NCBI GenBank assembly: GCA_017471405.1
Contig: JAFUTK010000052.1
Location: 2,432 to 66,431 of the forward strand
Origin: Ruminococcus sp.
GTDB taxonomy: Bacteria; Bacillota; Clostridia; Oscillospirales; Ruminococcaceae
Direction of reading: 5' to 3'
Length of the DNA: 64,000 bases
The stretch's first letter is position 1. Every line of letters starts with the position of its first letter. Below the pieces are notes generated by a model. It ran no database searches and was not told where the DNA came from. It saw only the letters and a program-made list of their open reading frames with translations. This document shows, piece by piece, positions 58,411-64,000 of the stretch. The position numbers were made by a program, and so were the translations under genes.

Positions 58411-58544
58411 CGGGTATGAGGGGCGGCGGCAGCGCAAAAAGTGTAAATTTTTTCGCTTTCCCTATTGTACTTTTTAAAAATATGTGCTACAATAAATATA
58501 AGCATACAATTTTTGCGGTCTGCCGCGGAAAGGGGGAACTGATA

Positions 58545-59429
58545 ATGCTTGAAGCCATAACCGATTCCATTGCTTCCATTTGGAACGTGTTCCGCTCAAT
58601 TACTGTATCCGATATCATTGATATCGTTATACTCACTTATCTTATTTATCATGGCATCAAGATAATCAGAGAGACCCGTGCCCAGCAGCTGGTAAAGGGT
58701 ATACTCTTCCTTGTGGCCTTCTATGTTATCGCTGTGGCGCTGAAGCTCCAGACTATGAGGTATATTTTGAAGCTCTGCTTCCAGTGGGGAATTCTCGCAA
58801 TCATTATCCTCTTTCAGCCGGAGTTCAGACGTATTCTCGAAAAGGTGGGAAGAACAAATCTCTCCCCTTCGCAGCTCTTCGGCAACAATAATGATAACGA
58901 GGACGAGGTCACCCGCATCCGCGACTGTATTGATTCGGTCTGTGAGGCCTCGCAGGACCTTTCCTCCACCAAGACCGGCGCACTTATAATCTTTGAGAGA
59001 ACCACCAAGCTGGGCGAGCAGATAGCCACCGGAACGGTGCTCAACTGCACACCCTCCGCCGCAGTGTTCGGAAATATATTCTTCCCCAATACCCCTCTGC
59101 ACGACGGCGCCGTTATTATCCGCGACGGCTCCATTCTTGCCGCAGGCTGCTTCCTGCCCAAGCCGCAGAAGGAGGAGCTCATCGCCAAGCAGCTGGGCTC
59201 CCGCCACCGCGCCGCTATCGGTATGAGTGAGAATTCCGACGCTATCGTTATCGTCGTTTCGGAGGAGACGGGAACTATCTCCGTTGCCGAGAACGGCGAG
59301 CTTACCAGAGGCTATACCAAGGACAGCCTTCGCAGAATGCTTATCCAGAGACTTGTCCCCGAGCAGTCTCAGGACGCTGCAAAGGATACTTCGCTTGCAG
59401 GGAGGGTGATGTCCAGATGGAAAAAGTAA
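58545..59429 (+). CDS. cdaA: Diadenylate cyclase CdaA
   Basis: 3 TM, 'FQPEFR', 'PLHDGA', 'GSRHRAA', 'VSEETG'. Confidence 0.95.
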   Translation: MLEAITDSIASIWNVFRSITVSDIIDIVILTYLIYHGIKIIRETRAQQLVKGILFLVAFYVIAVALKLQTMRYILKLCFQWGILAIIILFQPEFRRILEKVGRTNLSPSQLFGNNNDNEDEVTRIRDCIDSVCEASQDLSSTKTGALIIFERTTKLGEQIATGTVLNCTPSAAVFGNIFFPNTPLHDGAVIIRDGSILAAGCFLPKPQKEELIAKQLGSRHRAAIGMSENSDAIVIVVSEETGTISVAENGELTRGYTKDSLRRMLIQRLVPEQSQDAAKDTSLAGRVMSRWKK

Positions 59430-60733
59430 AGCTTAAAAGAACTCCCAAAAAGCGCAGCGCAGATTTCGGTCTTCGCATACTAGCACTTATCATCGCCGTT
59501 ATCGTCTGGCTGATACTTTCTATCACCGAGTACCCCACCATAAACAAGACCATTACCAAGGTTCCTGTTACCTTCTCACTGGACGGCACCGCCGCCGAGG
59601 AGCGGGGTCTGCAGGCGCTGGGCTATCAGGATATCACCGTTGACGTCGAGATAAAGGGAATGAACTATGAGATAGGTTCATATTCCGCCAACGATTTGGT
59701 GGCATCCGTAAATCTTGACAGCGTCACCAAGGAGGGTACATATCCGCTGGATATCGACGTAAGAAGTGCCCATTCTGCCGACAGAGTGACGATTGTTTCT
59801 GTGTCCCCCGATACCGTTGAGGTCAGCTTCGTGCATATCAGCAGCGGAGTGTTTACGGTCACTCCCTCTGCTCCCAATATCAGTGCCGAGCAGGGCAAGA
59901 CCCTGCGGGATATCACCGTTTCGCCCTCTGAGATAAGCATTGAGGGCTCCGACAGCGAGCTTAAGAAGATAAGCCGCGTCGATGCTGTGATAGACGCTAC
60001 CGGCGTGCTCTCGGAGGAGACTACCTATACCACCGATAAGATAGTGTTCTTCGATGCCGATGGAAACCAGCTGGACAGCTCCAAGTATAAGATACTGGAC
60101 GCCAAGAGCTTCGATGTTGCCTTTGATGTCTATAAGAAGAAAACGGTTGACCTGACAGTTGAATTTACCGACCTGCCTCCCGGGTTCAGAGCATCGTCAT
60201 TGCCCTATGTGCTCTCTGAGTCGCAGATAAATGTCATCACACCTGTCCTTGACGATCTGGATGTGCAGACGGTAAGCCTGGCTACCATTTCAGCCAACGA
60301 CATAACCGAGGATTACAGCGTCGAGCTGGACGTCAATTCAAGGCTTGCCGCCGGCGAGATAAACCAGAGCGGCATCGACACAGTTACTCTGACCTTTGAT
60401 TTCAGCGACTATGCCGCAAAGATGTTCACCGTACCGGCCTCGGCCATACAGATACAGAATGTCCCCGAGGGCAAGAAGGTAACTGTCGAGACCAAGCAGC
60501 TGAGCTCAATAATGATGTTCGGTCCCGTAAGCATAATAAATGACCTTTCGCTGAGCGACATTGCCGCTGTCATAGACCTGTCTGACAATACAGCAGCCTC
60601 CGGCTCAATGTCTCACGAGGTAATGATCTATTCACCCGGCAACGACAGCGTATGGTGCCTGAGAGAGCAGTCAGTCCAGATAGAGATATCGGACAAGCAG
60701 GAGGAGACCTCCTCTGTCCCCGAAGAAGAATAA
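59417..60733 (+). CDS. cdaR: CdaR/YbbR-repeat regulator
   Basis: Single N-terminal TM, beta-rich repeats, overlaps cdaA. Confidence 0.85.
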   Translation: MEKVKLKRTPKKRSADFGLRILALIIAVIVWLILSITEYPTINKTITKVPVTFSLDGTAAEERGLQALGYQDITVDVEIKGMNYEIGSYSANDLVASVNLDSVTKEGTYPLDIDVRSAHSADRVTIVSVSPDTVEVSFVHISSGVFTVTPSAPNISAEQGKTLRDITVSPSEISIEGSDSELKKISRVDAVIDATGVLSEETTYTTDKIVFFDADGNQLDSSKYKILDAKSFDVAFDVYKKKTVDLTVEFTDLPPGFRASSLPYVLSESQINVITPVLDDLDVQTVSLATISANDITEDYSVELDVNSRLAAGEINQSGIDTVTLTFDFSDYAAKMFTVPASAIQIQNVPEGKKVTVETKQLSSIMMFGPVSIINDLSLSDIAAVIDLSDNTAASGSMSHEVMIYSPGNDSVWCLREQSVQIEISDKQEETSSVPEEE

Positions 60734-60780
60734 CACAGCAGACAGCCTCGGTTATAGGGACTGTCCAACAAGTAATCATC

Positions 60781-60814
60781 AAGACTGCCGCAGCAAAACT
60801 GTCGGCAGTCTTTT
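60781..60814 (+). terminator. Intrinsic terminator after cdaR
   Basis: aagactgccg...cggcagtctttt. Confidence 0.7.
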
Positions 60815-60826
60815 GGAGTTGAAAAA

Positions 60827-62407
60827 ATGCCCGTTATCATTGCAGATATAGCCTGCCCCCTCTCGGCAAACGAGAGCGAGGTCATCGCCCGCGCCAAGCG
60901 CCTTGCAGGGGTCAGCGAGTGCCGCAGCGCTAGGATATACAAGACATCTTTAGACGCCCGCAAAAGGCAGGATATCCATTTCGTCCATTCGGTGTATATG
61001 GAGCTTCCCTCCCTCGAGGAGGAGCAGGCGCTGGAGAGAAGATACAAGAACGTCCGCTTTACTTCTCCCGGCAGGCTGGAGCCAGTCATCGGGACTGAAA
61101 AGCCTCAGGGGAGACCCTGCATCGCCGGCTTCGGCCCCGCAGGAATGTTCTGCGCCCTGGTGCTGGCGGAATACGGCTATAAGCCGGTGGTGTTCGAGCG
61201 GGGCGGGGACGTTGACTCCCGAGTAAAGGCCGTAAGCTCCTACTGGGCAGGGGGAGCGCTTGATAAGCGCTCAAACGTACAGTTCGGCGAGGGCGGCGCC
61301 GGCACCTTCTCCGATGGCAAGCTTACCACCCGCATCAAAGACCCCCTCTGCCGCTACGTGTTGGAGCAGCTGGTGCGCTTTGGCGCCCCGGAGGAAATAC
61401 TCACTAAGGCCAAGCCCCATATCGGCACCGATAAGCTGAGAGGGGTCGTCAAAGCCCTGAGAGAAAGAATTACCGAGCTGGGCGGAGAGATCAGGTTCCT
61501 CTCACCCGTTACCGATATGAAAACGAACGCCCGCAAAGTGACCTCCGTCACCTCCCCGCAGGGGGAGACAGACTGCTCCGCATTGGTGCTGGCAGTGGGT
61601 CATTCTGCAAGGGATACCTTCGAGCTGTTGGCGGAAAAGGGAGTGTTTATGGAGCCCAAGCCCTTCTCTGTAGGGGTCAGGATAGAGCATAAGCAGCAGG
61701 CCGTCGATGAGAGCCTCTACGGCGAGTACGCCGGCAATCCGCTGCTGCCTAAGGGAGAGTACCAGCTCTCCGCAAAAGACAGCACCGGCAGGGGAGTGTA
61801 TACCTTCTGTATGTGCCCCGGCGGGTACGTCGTGCCCGCAGCCTCGGAGGAGGGAACGGTGGTCACAAACGGTATGAGCGAGTTCGCCCGGGACGGCGAG
61901 AACGCCAACGCCGCCATAGCCGTCTCTGTCTCGAAGGCGGATTACGGCGACAAGCCGCTGGACGGAATGTACTTCGCCAGAGAGCTGGAGCAGCGAGCCT
62001 ATGAGCTCACCGGCAGCTATAAAGCCCCTGCAACAACCGTCGGCGGGCTGATGGATAAGAAAGGAACGCTGTCCGGGACAGTGTCTGCCAGCTACGCCAT
62101 CGGCGTGGAGCCGGCGGAGATGGATAAGCTGTTCCCCGCATTTATCGCCGATGCATTGAGGTTCGGGATAAACGATTTTTCGAGGAAGATGAAATGCTTT
62201 GGCGACAGGGGAGCAATGCTCACCGGCCCTGAGACGAGAACCTCATCGCCTGTGAGGGTGACGAGGGGAGAGGGGCTTAACTCTCTGACATATGACAATC
62301 TTTTCCCCTGCGGGGAGGGAGCGGGATACGCCGGTGGGATAGTCTCGGCAGCCGTTGACGGCATACGCATAGCATTGGAGATAATGAAAAGGCAAGCACC
62401 GGTCTAA
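60827..62407 (+). CDS. FAD/NAD(P)-dependent oxidoreductase (uncharacterised family)
   Basis: GFGPAG, 'FGEGGAGTFSDGKL', 'FCMCPGG', 'GEGAGYAGGI'. Confidence 0.88.
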   Translation: MPVIIADIACPLSANESEVIARAKRLAGVSECRSARIYKTSLDARKRQDIHFVHSVYMELPSLEEEQALERRYKNVRFTSPGRLEPVIGTEKPQGRPCIAGFGPAGMFCALVLAEYGYKPVVFERGGDVDSRVKAVSSYWAGGALDKRSNVQFGEGGAGTFSDGKLTTRIKDPLCRYVLEQLVRFGAPEEILTKAKPHIGTDKLRGVVKALRERITELGGEIRFLSPVTDMKTNARKVTSVTSPQGETDCSALVLAVGHSARDTFELLAEKGVFMEPKPFSVGVRIEHKQQAVDESLYGEYAGNPLLPKGEYQLSAKDSTGRGVYTFCMCPGGYVVPAASEEGTVVTNGMSEFARDGENANAAIAVSVSKADYGDKPLDGMYFARELEQRAYELTGSYKAPATTVGGLMDKKGTLSGTVSASYAIGVEPAEMDKLFPAFIADALRFGINDFSRKMKCFGDRGAMLTGPETRTSSPVRVTRGEGLNSLTYDNLFPCGEGAGYAGGIVSAAVDGIRIALEIMKRQAPV

Positions 62408-62437
62408 TTCGGAATTCGGAATGCGGAATTCGGAATT
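62406..62437. repeat. Heptamer tandem repeat (AATKCGG x4)
   Basis: aattcgg aattcgg aatgcgg aattcgg aatt, starting at the stop codon. Confidence 0.85.
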
Positions 62438-62642
62438 GCCGCACAAAAAAATTTTCCCACAGATACCCCAAAACAAATCAAACTAAAAGCAGGTCCCCAC
62501 ACAGTAACCCCGGAAAATAAACCCCAAACCAACCCGCCTGTCCCGTAGGACAAACATTCCCCACAGCACCCCGGCAGCATAGGATATATCAGCAGCGCAT
62601 ACGCTTGCGGCAGTAAGCCGGGGCGCGCTGATGAGATAGATT

Positions 62643-62676
62643 CTGTCCCGCCGAAAAAAGCGGGACAGTTTATTTC
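62643..62676 (+). terminator. Intrinsic terminator
   Basis: ctgtcccgc-cgaaaaaa-gcgggacag-tttattt. Confidence 0.65.
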
Positions 62677-62708
62677 ATAAACAGTTTATTATATAAACAG
62701 TTTATTTT
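62665..62708. repeat. Three tandem 16-bp AT-rich units with internal dyads
   Basis: acagtttatt at 62665, 62681 and 62697; gtttat-N3-ataaac dyads. Confidence 0.75.
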
Positions 62709-62725
62709 ACAAGAGGTCACAAAGT

Positions 62726-63448
62726 ATGACAGAATTCGACACAAAAGTATATGACGAAAAGCTCCGCAGCGGACTTGTCTGGTACGCAGCCCTCCTGCCA
62801 GGATTGGGGCTCTTCTTGGAGAACTACGCTATAAATAAGTATCTCGGCGCCTTCGTCTGGATATTTATCCTCATAGCCCGCCCCCTCTCCTGCCTGCTTG
62901 ACTGGAAACGGTTCGAGCGCATCAATGGCGCTGCGCCCTCGCCGAAATGGCTGGCACTCCTGCCCACCGTCTATATCTTCAAAAGGTGTACCGCCCTGAG
63001 AGAGAATACCGCCGTCGGAGTGGTCTGTGCCATCTGCTTTACCTACGGAGTTATCGGCAACGGCTTTGTGGTGGGCCTGCGGGTGGACGACGAGGCTATC
63101 ATCAATACCACGAAAAACACCTCCCCCTACTCCCTTTCTGAGTTCAGCGAGTACTATACCGGCCACGATTTCAGCGAGAATATCGAGGCCTCGCTTAAGG
63201 ATATCGACTACTCCCTTACCCGCAGCGGTGACACCTGCACCGTCACCATAAAGGGCGTGGAGACCTCCACCGGCAGCACCGTAGAGCTTGTTTTCACCGT
63301 CGCCCACGACGGCTTTACCTATACCGAGTATGAGCTGACGGAGATACGTCTTGACGGCGTAACCCTCGAGGGCGACGATAAGACCGACCTCATCGACCGC
63401 CTGCTTGGCGCCGGCAATTCGGACGAGCCCTCCGGGGAGCAGTCGTGA
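62726..63448 (+). CDS. Hypothetical membrane protein with an acidic C-terminal domain
   Basis: 3-4 TM segments; RBS gagg. Confidence 0.7.
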   Translation: MTEFDTKVYDEKLRSGLVWYAALLPGLGLFLENYAINKYLGAFVWIFILIARPLSCLLDWKRFERINGAAPSPKWLALLPTVYIFKRCTALRENTAVGVVCAICFTYGVIGNGFVVGLRVDDEAIINTTKNTSPYSLSEFSEYYTGHDFSENIEASLKDIDYSLTRSGDTCTVTIKGVETSTGSTVELVFTVAHDGFTYTEYELTEIRLDGVTLEGDDKTDLIDRLLGAGNSDEPSGEQS

Positions 63449-63458
63449 TACCACATTC

Positions 63459-63492
63459 CTGTCATATAACTGTCACATACATATATTATAAT
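63459..63492 (+). promoter_or_regulatory. Pho-box-like direct repeat plus -10
   Basis: CTGTCAT-ATAA-CTGTCAC (63459-63476), then 10 nt, then TATAAT (63487-63492). Confidence 0.65.
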
Positions 63493-63509
63493 TTACCGAG
63501 GATATAACT

Positions 63510-64000
63510 ATGTTCGGATATGTTTTACCCTTTAAGCCCATGCTCCGCGTCTGCGAGTACGAGGGCTACAAAAGCATATACTGCGGCGTCTGCAAGACTA
63601 TAGCAAAAGAGTTCGGCACCCTGCCGCGCTTTACCTTAAGCTACGATATGACCTTCCTCGCTTTGATGGATATGTCCGTCAATGAGGTGACACTTACTGC
63701 CCAGCAGCAGCGCTGCATTGCCCACCCTATGAAAAAACGCAGCTGTGCTGACTGCGAGGGGCTGGAATATTCCGCCTATGCATCAATAATACTCCTCTAC
63801 CATAAGCTCTGCGACGACAGAGAGGACGGAGGCTTGAAGGAGAAGGCCGTCTCCGGCACCGCCCGCACCGCCTTCGCCGGAGCCTATATCAAGGCAAGGA
63901 GAAAATATCCCCGCCTCGCCCACGCAGTAGAGCGGGAAATGCAGCAGCAGTATCAGCTGGAGCGTGAGGGCTGCCGGGATATCGACCGCGCCTGCGAGCC
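63510..64000 (+). CDS. DUF5685-family protein, 3'-truncated by the window edge (absent from the ORF track)
   Basis: MFGYVLPFKPMLRVCEYEGYKSIYCGVC...LSYDMTFL...RCIAHP; frame open to the window end. Confidence 0.8.
   Translation, partial: MFGYVLPFKPMLRVCEYEGYKSIYCGVCKTIAKEFGTLPRFTLSYDMTFLALMDMSVNEVTLTAQQQRCIAHPMKKRSCADCEGLEYSAYASIILLYHKLCDDREDGGLKEKAVSGTARTAFAGAYIKARRKYPRLAHAVEREMQQQYQLEREGCRDIDRACE

Noticed and set aside
62628-62657. Second CTGATGA...CGAAA hammerhead-like string
   Set aside because: No stem II closes directly onto GAAA; the GAAA lies in the terminator loop.
62665-62712. Possible mini-CRISPR (also considered for the heptamer arrays)
   Set aside because: Units are too short and contiguous, with no unique spacers and no cas genes in the window.

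Overview
Moderately GC-rich chromosomal segment from a spore-forming Clostridia member, most likely Ruminococcus-like (Oscillospiraceae); this is inferred from gene order, a GH5 lipoprotein and spoVM. The right two-thirds is mostly core genome: yloC-remA-gmk-rpoZ-priA-def-fmt-rsmB-rlmN-prpC-prkC-rsgA-thiN-spoVM, an HssRS-like two-component system followed by a split metH, addBA, a heterodimeric ABC exporter and cdaA-cdaR. The left third is accessory. Four things stand out. (1) An orphan clpP is directly followed by a CbxX/SpoVK-type AAA+ ATPase with a YVG pore loop and a C-terminal LGF tail, then by a protein ending in an RpoD region-4 look-alike with a non-basic recognition helix; an HTH gene lies divergently. 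This is a candidate non-canonical Clp proteolysis module. (2) An unannotated ~200-nt structured RNA lies divergent to the HssRS-like genes, with matching direct-repeat boxes at both promoters. (3) A BlaI/M56 locus has mec-type operators in front of, and inside, a DUF2079 gene. (4) An acyltransferase/GT8/GT8-acyltransferase operon. I saw no rRNA, tRNA, CRISPR array, integrase or transposase. All family calls come from motif recognition by eye, with no database search.
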